Of a stretch of DNA of 64,000 nucleotides, positions 48,494 through 57,451 are shown one piece after another (the first letter of the stretch is position 1; every line of letters begins with the position of its first letter). The notes beneath the pieces are model-generated. The model saw nothing but the letters and a program-made list of their open reading frames with translations, was not told the DNA's origin and searched no databases. The DNA comes from Thermoanaerobaculia bacterium. Lineage in GTDB: Bacteria > Acidobacteriota > Thermoanaerobaculia > Multivoradales > Multivoraceae. The stretch is from positions 2,944,001 through 3,008,000 of the forward strand of contig OY761158.1 in NCBI GenBank assembly GCA_963664405.1, given 5' to 3'. The position numbers were made by a program, and so were the translations under genes.

Positions 48494-48525
48494 ACAAGAA
48501 AGTTCGAGAAGAGAGAGAAGAGTTA

Positions 48526-48554
48526 TTGACATTCAAGCATCGTTGTCCTACCGT
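48526..48554 (+). promoter_or_regulatory. sigma70-type promoter TTGACA-N17-TACCGT
   Basis: Perfect -35, 17-nt spacer, TAnnnT -10. Confidence 0.7.
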
Positions 48555-48561
48555 TCACCCC

Positions 48562-48627
48562 GACGGGGAGGCACAACCTCCTCTCATCCCTCCCAAGCGG
48601 GGCGTCGTAAAGACGCCCCCTTTTTTT
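48562..48627 (+). ncRNA. candidate ~66-nt small RNA with CCUCC motifs
   Basis: Lies between the promoter and the terminator; no ATG; 5' hairpin GGGGAGG-cacaa-CCTCCTC, then CATCCCTCCC. Confidence 0.6.
48599..48627 (+). terminator. intrinsic terminator
   Basis: GGGGCGTC-gtaaa-GACGCCCC-C-T7. Confidence 0.88.
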
Positions 48628-48758
48628 GTCTGGACAACGGACGGCGCGAGGGACACTCGACCCTCGTTTCCGAAGCTCACGGCGCATCCGTCGGCGCCTT
48701 CTGCCCGTTATGTCGTTGGCTAGGCGCCCCCGCGCTCGTCGCCACATTCACGGATGGT

Positions 48759-48924
48759 CTAGACCAGCGTTTCCAAAGTTCGCGCACATATCTCGGCCCC
48801 TTCTGTCCGCTGGCGGCGTTTCGCCTCCTCGACATATTCCCCAATATGCCTGCGTCGGCGCGCCTGGCCAGCGAACAGAATGACCTCGAGCTATTGCACA
48901 CGAACTTTGGAAACGCTGGTCTAG
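48759..48924. mobile_element. MITE-like element with 20-bp perfect TIRs flanked by CTAG
   Basis: CTAG-ACCAGCGTTTCCAAAGTTCG ... CGAACTTTGGAAACGCTGGT-CTAG. Confidence 0.75.
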
Positions 48925-48941
48925 GCAGGTAGTGGATTGAG

Positions 48942-49547
48942 ATGACAGCCATCACTCCCGAAGGCCCAACAGATGCTGAGCTGGTGGCGCTCGCTCTCGG
49001 GGGGTCTGAGGATGGTTTTCGTAGTCTGGTGGCTCGCTACCAACGGCCGGTATTCGGCCTGATCGTCCGGATGGTTCGCAACCGCGAGCTCGCCGAAGAC
49101 CTGAGCCAAGAGGTTTTCCTCAAGGCCTTTGGCGCCCTACGGGGTTACGATCCGGGTCGGCGCTTCTCCAGCTGGCTGTTCAAGATTGCTCACAATGCAA
49201 CGATCGATCATCTTCGCCGGGGCTCGCTCCAGACCGTATCTCTGAGCGGCTCCGGAGAAGAGAGCGGCGGGCTCGGAGATTTCCTCGAAGACCCGCAGGT
49301 GCGACCCCCCGACCAGGGGATCGAGCGCGCAGATCTAGCCAAGACGCTGGAAGATGCAGTTGCGAGACTTGGCCCCGCCTATCGCGAGGTGATTCTGCTG
49401 CGCCACCGCGAAGAGCTTTCCTACCAGGAGATCGCCGAGATCACTGGCTCGAGCCTGGGCGCGGTCAAGACCAACCTGCATCGGGCACGCAAACAGTTGG
49501 CGGAGATCCTGGAAGCGCTTTCCTCGCCGCCGGCAGCAACGAGGTGA
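48942..49547 (+). CDS. ECF sigma factor (SigW/RpoE-like)
   Basis: AEDLSQEVFLKA, FSSWLFKIAHN, LSYQEIAE, VKTNLHRAR. Confidence 0.92.
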   Translation: MTAITPEGPTDAELVALALGGSEDGFRSLVARYQRPVFGLIVRMVRNRELAEDLSQEVFLKAFGALRGYDPGRRFSSWLFKIAHNATIDHLRRGSLQTVSLSGSGEESGGLGDFLEDPQVRPPDQGIERADLAKTLEDAVARLGPAYREVILLRHREELSYQEIAEITGSSLGAVKTNLHRARKQLAEILEALSSPPAATR

Positions 49548-49574
49548 TAGCTCTCATTTTCAGGAGCCCAGGCG

Positions 49575-49601
49575 TGAAACAACGGGGAGTGCACTATCGT
49601 A
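49575..49601 (+). promoter_or_regulatory. SigW-like ECF promoter TGAAAC-N17-CGTA
   Basis: Between the sigma gene and the next gene; spacer is one nt longer than the B. subtilis SigW consensus. Confidence 0.55.
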
Positions 49602-49625
49602 GGGCAGTACGGAGCGAGAGTTAAC

Positions 49626-50153
49626 GTGAGCAACGATCCACAAGAGGTACTGATGCGCTGGCTCCGGCTCGAAGCCAGCGGCGCGACAGCCAAGGCCGAG
49701 GAGGCGCTTACCGCACTTTTCCGCGATCTTCCGGATCGAGCTCCGTCGCTGGCTTTCGAGGAGACGGTCATGAGCCGGCTGCAGTCGCACTCGCGGGCAG
49801 CGGCTCGGAGACTGGGTCGCGGGTGGCAGGCCGTTTTGATCGGGCTGCTAGTGGTCCTCGGCCTGTCGATGGCGGCGCTTCCGGCGGCACTCCTGGCTCT
49901 GCCGGTGCCGGTTGGGAGCTTCATCTCCGCGCTGGCGAGCGTCGTCGCCGGAGCTGTCGAGTGGACGGCGCGAGGCGTCTCGGTTTGGCGCTTCCTCGCC
50001 GGGATAGCGGAGAAGGTCGCGCTCGTACTCGACACCCCCGAGGCCACCTTGGTCGTGCTTGGGGCTACCGCACTCGGAGCCCTCGCCTTTCGCTTGCTCT
50101 ATGGGCTCACAATCGAGGATAGGAGATCCGCACATCATGTGGAAACGGCGTAG
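49626..50153 (+). CDS. putative membrane anti-sigma factor
   Basis: Follows the ECF gene; APSLAFEETVMSRL then 2 TM segments. Confidence 0.6.
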   Translation: MSNDPQEVLMRWLRLEASGATAKAEEALTALFRDLPDRAPSLAFEETVMSRLQSHSRAAARRLGRGWQAVLIGLLVVLGLSMAALPAALLALPVPVGSFISALASVVAGAVEWTARGVSVWRFLAGIAEKVALVLDTPEATLVVLGATALGALAFRLLYGLTIEDRRSAHHVETA

Positions 50154-51531
50154 GAGTTTCGCACCCAAAACCCGGCGGGGCGCCCGGTCCGACTGGCTGG
50201 TCTTGCTCGGCTTCATTTTGCTGCTCTCTTCGCTTGCTCCGGTGTTGGGGCAACCGCCCCCCTCGCCTGAGCAGGTCCCTGACGAAGCCGTTCAGCAGGA
50301 GATCGACGAGGCTCTGGATGAGATCAGCGAGGAGATCGAAGAGAGTCTGAGACTCAGTGAGGAGGCAGTCGAAGAGATCAGCTCGGAGAGGGAACGGGTC
50401 CGCGAGATCCGCGAGCGTGTCCGTCGCCGCCTTCGCGAGGCGCCCAGTCGCTCAGACTCGAAAGTGGCGTTTGGCAGCAGCATTCACATCGAAAGCGACG
50501 AAGTAGGCCAAGACCTGGTCGCAATCGGTGGCAGCATCCGAGTCGACGGCGACATCTATGGCGATGCGATAGCTGTGGGCGGGTCGATACGGGTCGACGG
50601 CAGTGTCACCGGCGACGTCGTCGCTGTGGGTGGCGGCGTCAAGCTCGGCGCCGAGGCGGAGGTGCTTGGCGAAGTGACCTCGGTGGGCGGGCGAGTCGAC
50701 CTCGCCGAGGGCGCCAGGGTCCACGGCAGCGTCAATGAGGTCTCGATTGGCAAGTCTATATTCCCCCTGAATTTCGGCGATGAAGATCTTGGCATAGGAG
50801 TGGACGACGGAGAGCACCATTGGAGCATGTCTCCGTTCGGTTTCAGTCGCTGGGTCGGGCTGGGTTGGAGCCTGAGCGGACTCGTGCTCCTCATTCTGCT
50901 CACCTCTCTGGTGCAGTTGATCGGCGCCGGCACGGTTGAGCGCGTGCGACTCAAGGCGGTGGCCTCTCCCTGGGCCTCTGGTCTCGTGGGTCTTGCCATC
51001 CAGGTCCTGTTCGTGCCCACGCTGGTTGTGGTCTGCCTGATCCTGACCATTTCGATCGTAGGCATCCCCCTCTTATTCTTGCTGCCCTTTGTCGTCCTGG
51101 CGTTTCTGATCGCCTTTCTGGTCGGCTACACCGGCTCGGCGATGGCAGTGGGCCGATGGGCAGAGGCTCGTTTTAACTGGGGATCGTCGGGGTCGTTTCT
51201 CGTGCTGCTCTCGGGCGTGCTTCTTATTCGGGTTCTCTCCTTCGTCGGCAAGATCTTCGAGTCTCTCTCCGGCTTCTTGTGGATCTTCGCGCTGATGTTT
51301 GGGATCGTCGGCTTCCTCGTCCGCTATGCGGCATGGACCGTCGGCCTCGGCGCGGTGTTTTTGAGCAGCCTCCGCGGTGGAAACGCGTTGTCGGTGCCAC
51401 AGATTGAGGCTCCTGAGCCGCTGCTACCGCCGCTGCCGGAGGAGCCGGCTCCCGACTCGGGAATCGGCGATGCCGAGCTAAACTCAGAGCGCGATGAGGC
51501 GGCGCGGAAAAATGACGAGGAGGGCGCCTAA
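50137..51531 (+). CDS. membrane protein with bactofilin-like (polymer-forming) beta-helix repeats
   Basis: Signal/TM, coiled coil, AIGGSIRVDG..GD repeats, multi-TM C-terminus. Confidence 0.7.
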   Translation: MWKRRRSFAPKTRRGARSDWLVLLGFILLLSSLAPVLGQPPPSPEQVPDEAVQQEIDEALDEISEEIEESLRLSEEAVEEISSERERVREIRERVRRRLREAPSRSDSKVAFGSSIHIESDEVGQDLVAIGGSIRVDGDIYGDAIAVGGSIRVDGSVTGDVVAVGGGVKLGAEAEVLGEVTSVGGRVDLAEGARVHGSVNEVSIGKSIFPLNFGDEDLGIGVDDGEHHWSMSPFGFSRWVGLGWSLSGLVLLILLTSLVQLIGAGTVERVRLKAVASPWASGLVGLAIQVLFVPTLVVVCLILTISIVGIPLLFLLPFVVLAFLIAFLVGYTGSAMAVGRWAEARFNWGSSGSFLVLLSGVLLIRVLSFVGKIFESLSGFLWIFALMFGIVGFLVRYAAWTVGLGAVFLSSLRGGNALSVPQIEAPEPLLPPLPEEPAPDSGIGDAELNSERDEAARKNDEEGA

Positions 51532-51553
51532 GAAAAGCGCCCGGAGGCAGCGG

Positions 51554-52414
51554 CTAGCGACCCCCGTGCCGTACCAGCTCATATCGAACGTCGAGAGGCG
51601 CTTCGCTCTCTTCCCCGACCCGGACGCGCCCGTCCTCGACCAGAGCCTGGAGATGAGCCAACAGGGACCATCCGGCAGCGGTGTGTAGCTTCTTGTCGAC
51701 GTCGGCATAGATGTGGGAAACCATCTCGGGAATCCGGTCGAGGCCGGTCTCGAGTGCTTCGATGGCTTGCCGGGTACGCTCTACGCGATGGTTGTATAGC
51801 TCGTCGATGCGCTCCAGTGGATTGTCGATCGGCAGCCCGTGGGCGGGGTACATGCGCGCGAAGCTGAAGGAGCGGAGCTTGTCGAGAGACGCCAGGTAGT
51901 CGTTGAGGCTGCCCCCTGGCGGTGCGATCACCGACGTGGACCATCCCATGACATGGTCGCCACTCAACAAGGTGCTCTCCTCTCGTAACAGGTAGGAGAT
52001 GTGGTCTTCGGCGTGTCCCGGGGTATGGATTGCCTCGAGGGTCACCCCGTCAGCGTGTAGGAGCTCGGCATCACGGACCTTCTTCTGAGGTCGGTAGTCG
52101 CCACAGTCGGCGAAGCCGAGTGTTGGAGCTCCGTAGTGCGCGGCGAGACGGGGAGCCAACGGCCAGTGGTCCTGGTGATGGTGGGTCGGAATGATCGCCA
52201 ATACCTTGGCCGCGCCTACGGCATCGACGAGGTTGTCGAAGTGATCGTCGCCGTCGGGCCCCGGATCGAGGATGAAAATCTCCCGCTCGCCAACCAGATG
52301 GGTGTTGGTACCGACGCCGGTGAAGATCGATGGGTTGTCCTGAGTGATACGTCGCACTCGTGCCGAGAGTCGGACCACCTCTCCTGCAGCCGGCATCTGT
52401 CGTGAGCTTGCCAT
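51554..52414 (-). CDS. MBL-fold metallo-hydrolase (LACTB2-like)
   Basis: GTNT, THHHQDH, TPGHAEDH, SGDH, PAHG. Confidence 0.88.
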   Translation of the reverse strand: MASSRQMPAAGEVVRLSARVRRITQDNPSIFTGVGTNTHLVGEREIFILDPGPDGDDHFDNLVDAVGAAKVLAIIPTHHHQDHWPLAPRLAAHYGAPTLGFADCGDYRPQKKVRDAELLHADGVTLEAIHTPGHAEDHISYLLREESTLLSGDHVMGWSTSVIAPPGGSLNDYLASLDKLRSFSFARMYPAHGLPIDNPLERIDELYNHRVERTRQAIEALETGLDRIPEMVSHIYADVDKKLHTAAGWSLLAHLQALVEDGRVRVGEESEAPLDVRYELVRHGGR

Positions 52415-53238
52415 TACCCGGCTGCCTCCTCGTCCCAGCCGTCGTCCCCCGGCAAGACGGCCTGGAGTCCGCCTTCACGGTGCACCATGCGAGGCTGAAT
52501 AGTTTCGATCTCGCGCCGCCGGAGTCCCGCCGCCTCGGCCTTACCGGTCGAGGAGAAATCGCTAAGCGTCATTAGGTTGCGCAAGGTGGGAAAGATGATG
52601 TTCCACTCCTTTCGCTCAGCCTTGGCGAGCGCCTCTTTGGGCGTCACCCAGGCGGAGTCGGTCAGCTCGCCGTCGTCGGGCCTTGCGGCCTGGCTCTGGG
52701 GCATTGTGGCAAGAAAGAAGCGGGTGTCGAAGCGTATCGGTGATTTCTCCGGTGTTATCCAGTGAGCCCAGTAGTGCATGCGATCGCTGGCAAGCTTCCA
52801 GCTCTCCTTGGCGGCGAGCTCGAGGAAGTCGACCCTTCCCCCGTTCAGAGCCTGGCGTTGATCGTCGAGTCTGGCGGCGGTTGCGGGCTCCGCCGCGTCG
52901 AGCAGCCGACCCTCGCCGTCATAGGCGAGTAGTACTCCGGCCTCTTCGAAGCACTCTCGTATGGCGGCCACGTAGTAGGCGAGCCCACCACTCTCGAGAT
53001 GCAGACGACTCGAAGCCTGCCGATCGTCGAGGCCGATACAGAGCTCTTCGGCGTGACTGTCCTCAGGGTCGACTCTGCCACCTGGAAAGACGTGTGCCCC
53101 GCCGACAAATCTAGACTTTCTGTGGCGCTCGATCATGAAGACTTGCGGCCCCTCATCGCTATCGCGCAGCAGGATGACCGTAGCCGCGCTACGCGCCTCC
53201 GCGGCCTCCTCCCCGGCGTCAGTTTCAACGGAGGTCAA
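52414..53238 (-). CDS. NUDIX hydrolase (NUDT19-like)
   Basis: AATVILLRD, VFPGG, AAIRECFEEAGV, WITP..RFDTRFF, IFPT. Confidence 0.88.
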   Translation of the reverse strand: MTSVETDAGEEAAEARSAATVILLRDSDEGPQVFMIERHRKSRFVGGAHVFPGGRVDPEDSHAEELCIGLDDRQASSRLHLESGGLAYYVAAIRECFEEAGVLLAYDGEGRLLDAAEPATAARLDDQRQALNGGRVDFLELAAKESWKLASDRMHYWAHWITPEKSPIRFDTRFFLATMPQSQAARPDDGELTDSAWVTPKEALAKAERKEWNIIFPTLRNLMTLSDFSSTGKAEAAGLRRREIETIQPRMVHREGGLQAVLPGDDGWDEEAAG

Positions 53239-54545
53239 AATCGTGAGCTCCCGGCCCGAAGCCCGTCGAGCTCCTCGAGCGTGGCGTCCGAGGCTGGCCG
53301 GACTCCCTGAAGCCGTTGAGCCGTCCTTTCGGTAGCGCGCATCGCGCGCAGCACATTGAGACCGCAGACCTTCTTCACTTCGTTGGCGGTGAAGCCTCGA
53401 GACAGAAGCTCGGCCAACAGGTCGGGCATGCGTGTAACGTCTTCGAGACCGCGAGGCACTGAGGTGATGCCGTCGAAATCCGAACCGATACCGATGTGGT
53501 CGATGCCTGCTACGTGGCGGATGTGCTCGATGTGATCGGCGACGTCGTCCAGGCTTGCGGCCATGGGCGGGTGTTTGGCCCTGAAGCGCTGTAGAGCCTC
53601 CTCGATCGCCTGCGAGTCCCCAGGGTGCATCTGAAGCAGTCTCTCTTGTTCCACACTCAGGGCTTCGGAGACCTGTCTGACCGCGTTGTTCACATAGTTC
53701 GGAACGAAAGTGACCATGACGACGCCGCCGTTCGCGGGCAGACGCCGCAGCACCTGATCGGGTACGTTGCGGGGGTGTGGAGTAACCGCGTAGGCCGAGG
53801 AGTGAGAGAAGATGACGGGGCTCTCGCTCACGTCGAGAGCGTCGTTCATGGTTTCGGCCGAGACGTGCGAGAGATCTACGAGCATGCCGATGCGGTTCAT
53901 TTCCCGAACGACCTCTTTGCCGAAAGAGCTGAGACCTCCGACCGCCGCGTCGTCGGTCGCCGAATCGGCCCAGGCGATGTTCTGCGAGTGGGTTAGCGTC
54001 ATATAGCGAGCACCTGCTCGAAAGAGCTGACGCAGCACCGCTAGGGAGCTTTCGATCGAGTGGCCGCCCTCCATGCCGATGAGCGAGGCCAGTTTGCCGT
54101 TACCGTGGATGCGCTCTACATCGTCGGCTGAAAACGCGAGCTCGAGCGAGTCGGGGTACTTCGCCGCCAAGCGATAGACCACGTCGATCTGTTCGAGGAC
54201 GCTTCGCGCGGCCCCCGGACCATCGAGATCGGCCGGAATGTAGACAGACCAGAATTGTCCGCCGATGCCGGATCGCTCGAGACGGCGAAGGTCGGTGTGC
54301 ATCGGCGGCTCGAGGTCGGTCGTGTTGCGGAAGTCGATGCGCTCGAGATGGTTGCCGACCCTCGTTCGGTACTGCCACGGGACATCGTTGTGGCCGTCGA
54401 TGAGTGGCACCTCGGCGAGGATCTCACGCACCAGCCGAAGCTCCTCGGCGCGATCTTCGCTCCCCCACGCGCTGCCCGCCAGAGTAACCGCGATGGCGCC
54501 TAGAAAGATCCGCCATCGGTGCTTTGATGTCGAGCTCTGCTGCAT
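53235..54545 (-). CDS. secreted membrane dipeptidase (M19)
   Basis: LIDGHND, GGQFWSVY, MEGGH, YMTLTH, DLSHVS, FSHSS, GSDFDG. Confidence 0.9.
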   Translation of the reverse strand: MQQSSTSKHRWRIFLGAIAVTLAGSAWGSEDRAEELRLVREILAEVPLIDGHNDVPWQYRTRVGNHLERIDFRNTTDLEPPMHTDLRRLERSGIGGQFWSVYIPADLDGPGAARSVLEQIDVVYRLAAKYPDSLELAFSADDVERIHGNGKLASLIGMEGGHSIESSLAVLRQLFRAGARYMTLTHSQNIAWADSATDDAAVGGLSSFGKEVVREMNRIGMLVDLSHVSAETMNDALDVSESPVIFSHSSAYAVTPHPRNVPDQVLRRLPANGGVVMVTFVPNYVNNAVRQVSEALSVEQERLLQMHPGDSQAIEEALQRFRAKHPPMAASLDDVADHIEHIRHVAGIDHIGIGSDFDGITSVPRGLEDVTRMPDLLAELLSRGFTANEVKKVCGLNVLRAMRATERTAQRLQGVRPASDATLEELDGLRAGSSRF

Positions 54546-54623
54546 GCGCGTCTCGCGAGACTCGGCCGATCTTAGCGTACGCCCGACCCGGTCAGACGCC
54601 CGGCCTCTGCTACTCTCTGGGCG

Positions 54624-55349
54624 GTGCGGACGCTGGGTATCGTCGGTTTCGGTAGCTTCGGTCGTTTCATGGCCCAGCATCTGCGACCTCACCTCGAGGT
54701 CGTTGTCTACGACTGCCTCGAGGTGGCTGATCTGGCGACAGAGGTCGGCGTTCGTAGCGCTTCTCTGGTCGAGGTTGCCGCGAGTGAGATCCTGGTGCTG
54801 GCGGTACCGGTGCAGAATATGGAGGAAGTTCTCGCTGAGCTGTCCGCCATGCCGAAGCTCCCCGAGCTTGTCCTCGACGTGGGGTCGGTCAAGGTCAAAC
54901 CTCTCGAGCTGATGCCGCGATACCTACCGGAAGAGGTCGAGATCGTCGGCACCCATCCGATGTTCGGGCCCCAGAGTGGGCGGGATGGGATTGCTGGGCT
55001 CAAGATCGTTCTGTGCCCGGCTCGTTGTAGCCGGCTCGATGAGATCCGTTCTTTTCTGGAGCGAAAGCTGCAGCTCGAGGTCCTGGAGCTGACACCGGCG
55101 CAGCACGATGCCGAGATCGCCTACGTCCAGGGGCTGACCCATTGGATCGCCAAGGCACTGAGAGAGATCAACCTCCCAGACCCCCGCCTGGCGACGCCGG
55201 CCTACCTCCACCTCCTCAAGATCGAAGAGATCTTGAGAGAAGACTCACCAGCCCTCTTTCGCACCATCCAGGAGATGAATCCGTTTATCGCTCAGGCGCG
55301 AGAGGAGCTGTTGGCGAAGCTCGAGGAGCTGCAGGGTGGAGAGGAGTGA
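54624..55349 (+). CDS. tyrA: prephenate/arogenate dehydrogenase (TyrA family)
   Basis: GFGSFG, DVGSVK, THPMFGP, HD...QGLTH. Confidence 0.8.
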   Translation: MRTLGIVGFGSFGRFMAQHLRPHLEVVVYDCLEVADLATEVGVRSASLVEVAASEILVLAVPVQNMEEVLAELSAMPKLPELVLDVGSVKVKPLELMPRYLPEEVEIVGTHPMFGPQSGRDGIAGLKIVLCPARCSRLDEIRSFLERKLQLEVLELTPAQHDAEIAYVQGLTHWIAKALREINLPDPRLATPAYLHLLKIEEILREDSPALFRTIQEMNPFIAQAREELLAKLEELQGGEE

Positions 55350-55632
55350 GAGAGTAAGAGAGTGAGGAGTAGGGAGTAGGGAGTGAAACAGTTGCGGTGG
55401 GCAGAGTGCAGCCGCGGCTGTGTCGGTTGGAAACGGCGGCACCTGAGTGCAGCGAACGAAAGAGCCTAAAACGGCTCGGGGGGGCTCCGATAGGCCCTAC
55501 CCTCTGATCTTCGAGGACCTCCGTTCACTCCTCACTCCTCACTCTCCCACTCCTCACTCTCTTACTCTCCTACTCCTTACTCTTTTACTCTTTTACTCTT
55601 TTACTCTTTCACTCTTTCACTCTCTTACTCTC
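55345..55632. repeat. inverted pair of mixed 7/8-nt tandem arrays (purine arm 55345-55387, pyrimidine arm 55525-55632) around a ~137-bp spacer
   Basis: AGTGAGAG AGTAAGAG AGTGAGG AGTAGGG AGTAGGG versus CCTCACT / CTTTTACT / CTTTCACT units; both flanking stop codons lie inside the arms. Confidence 0.9.
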
Positions 55633-56540
55633 CCCTCGAGGCTCGCGAGGACGAGCACCAGCCCGATACCGGCTACAGCCAGCAAAACGGGCGTCAGAAC
55701 GTCCGTCCCTGGGAGGGGGAGAATGTTCACTTGGATCATTGGAACGCTCTCGCCATGGCGATCGAGCATGTACTCGGTAGTTTCTTTCCAGGGCCAGACC
55801 TTGCGCAGGCTTCCGGCCATGAGGCCGAGGAGGATGGAGACCGTGAGGTCGTGAAAACGGCGTAGTAGCCAGCTGAGCAAACGGACGAAGCTGAGCAGGC
55901 CGAGGCCCGCGCCGAAAGAGAAGAAGATCAGCGGTCCGAGCTCGCGATCACTGACCGCGGCCAAGATGTCTCGATATTTGCCCATCAGGACAAGGATGAA
56001 CGAGCCCGAGATGCCTGGGAGCATCATTGCGCAGATCGCGATCGCGCCGCTGAGGACCAGGAACCAGTTGGCGTCGGGGGTGGTGACCGGCACCAAGCCG
56101 ACAATCAACCAGGCGGCGATCGCTCCGAGCAGCGCGGCGACTGCGCATCGCGGGGGAAAGCCGGGGAGACGCCTGCGAACGGTGAAGATCGATGCGATGA
56201 CGAGGCCGAAGAAGAAAGCCCAGAGTCTCGCGGGCTGATTCTCCAGAGCCCATTCGAGGAAGGGCGCCAGCGAAAAGACGGCGAGCAGAATGCCGCTGAG
56301 CACGGACAGGAGAAAGCGCCAGGAAACGTCTTCTAGGGCCTCACGAATACGAAAGGAGAGCAGATGTCTCCAGAACGGGGGCTCGGTGAAGCGCTTGGTC
56401 GCATCGATCAGCTCCTCGTAGATGCCGAGGATGAAGGCCATGGTCCCGCCCGAGACCCCAGGCACCACGTCCGCCGCACCCATCGCGAAGCCCCGCGCGA
56501 CGAGACCGATCCAGTCTCCGACGGTTCGCCTCGACGTCAT
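55617..56540 (-). CDS. DUF368 membrane protein (undecaprenyl-phosphate translocase family)
   Basis: MGAADVVPGVSGGTMAFILGIYE, AMMLPGISGS, GSLRKVWPW. Confidence 0.9.
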   Translation of the reverse strand: MTSRRTVGDWIGLVARGFAMGAADVVPGVSGGTMAFILGIYEELIDATKRFTEPPFWRHLLSFRIREALEDVSWRFLLSVLSGILLAVFSLAPFLEWALENQPARLWAFFFGLVIASIFTVRRRLPGFPPRCAVAALLGAIAAWLIVGLVPVTTPDANWFLVLSGAIAICAMMLPGISGSFILVLMGKYRDILAAVSDRELGPLIFFSFGAGLGLLSFVRLLSWLLRRFHDLTVSILLGLMAGSLRKVWPWKETTEYMLDRHGESVPMIQVNILPLPGTDVLTPVLLAVAGIGLVLVLASLEGRVRE

Positions 56541-57451
56541 GCCGAGGGCGTAGCGACGAAACGCTCGCTCAACGCGGTGACGAGCTCGTACTTCTCGGCC
56601 ACCTCGTGCAGCGGATGGTCCTCGCGAAAGCACTGTTTGTCGAGCTGCCGCGTTGGGTCTGCCCCCGGCCAGATGCGCCAACTGTCGTTGTCGATGACGT
56701 CGGCGACCACTAAGACTCCGTCGCTCTTGCGCCGCCCCACTTCGATCTTCATATCGACCAGCGCGACCGGACCGTCTGCTGTCTCGATCGCGGCCCAGGC
56801 CTGCTCGAGCACCTCGAAGGTCGGCGCCATGATCTCCTCTTCGACGCGGACCACTTCAGCCGCATCCAGAACCGCCGTCGTCTCCATCAGCGGTGTCGCT
56901 CCCGCAAGAGGGGCGTGTGCGGAATATAGAAACCATCGACCGCCGTCGATCTGAACCAGCGGGTCGGTGTGTACGCCCGGTTGCCACTTGCCGTCGTGGA
57001 GATAGAGCTTGCGAGCCTCGCCCTCTTCCATTTGGATTGGAGTCTCGACCAAAGGGGGCATGACGACCGCGTGTTTGTGGAAAAGCTCCTGCCGAACCTC
57101 GTCGAAGCGGAGAGGCCGCTCGCGGGCGTTCGCAAGCTCGGGCTCGCGCTGGAGAAAGCTGCCGTAGGCGTAGCGTCGGCTCACCAACTCCAGCGGCAGC
57201 ATGTCGCACTCGTGACAGACGATGCTGCGCTCGTCCAGGGGTCGGATGAAGGATGTGGGTATGCCGTGACTCTCTAGAAGCCGGAAGACGTTGCTGGTCT
57301 GGGTGGTTTTCGAGGCAGCGATGCCTTGAATCGTCTCGCGCTTGGCAGCGTCACCTCCGGTGAGCTCGTCCTTGGTCTCGAGAATGACTTCTCCGTCCTT
57401 CTCTCCTCTGCGGATGACCTTCGTCTTGCCTTCGATGATTGTTGATGTCAT
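56537..57451 (-). CDS. purC: SAICAR synthetase
   Basis: EGKTK, PLELVSRR.A.GSF, LVDMKIEVG, ADVIDNDSWR, DKQ. Confidence 0.85.
   Translation of the reverse strand: MTSTIIEGKTKVIRRGEKDGEVILETKDELTGGDAAKRETIQGIAASKTTQTSNVFRLLESHGIPTSFIRPLDERSIVCHECDMLPLELVSRRYAYGSFLQREPELANARERPLRFDEVRQELFHKHAVVMPPLVETPIQMEEGEARKLYLHDGKWQPGVHTDPLVQIDGGRWFLYSAHAPLAGATPLMETTAVLDAAEVVRVEEEIMAPTFEVLEQAWAAIETADGPVALVDMKIEVGRRKSDGVLVVADVIDNDSWRIWPGADPTRQLDKQCFREDHPLHEVAEKYELVTALSERFVATPSA

Noticed and set aside
48902-48924. RpoE-type promoter GAACTT...TCTA in the MITE end
   Set aside because: Spacer is 12 nt, too short for the 16-17 nt consensus
51554-52414. Beta-lactamase resistance gene
   Set aside because: No signal peptide; LACTB2-like and paired with a NUDIX gene, a common housekeeping arrangement
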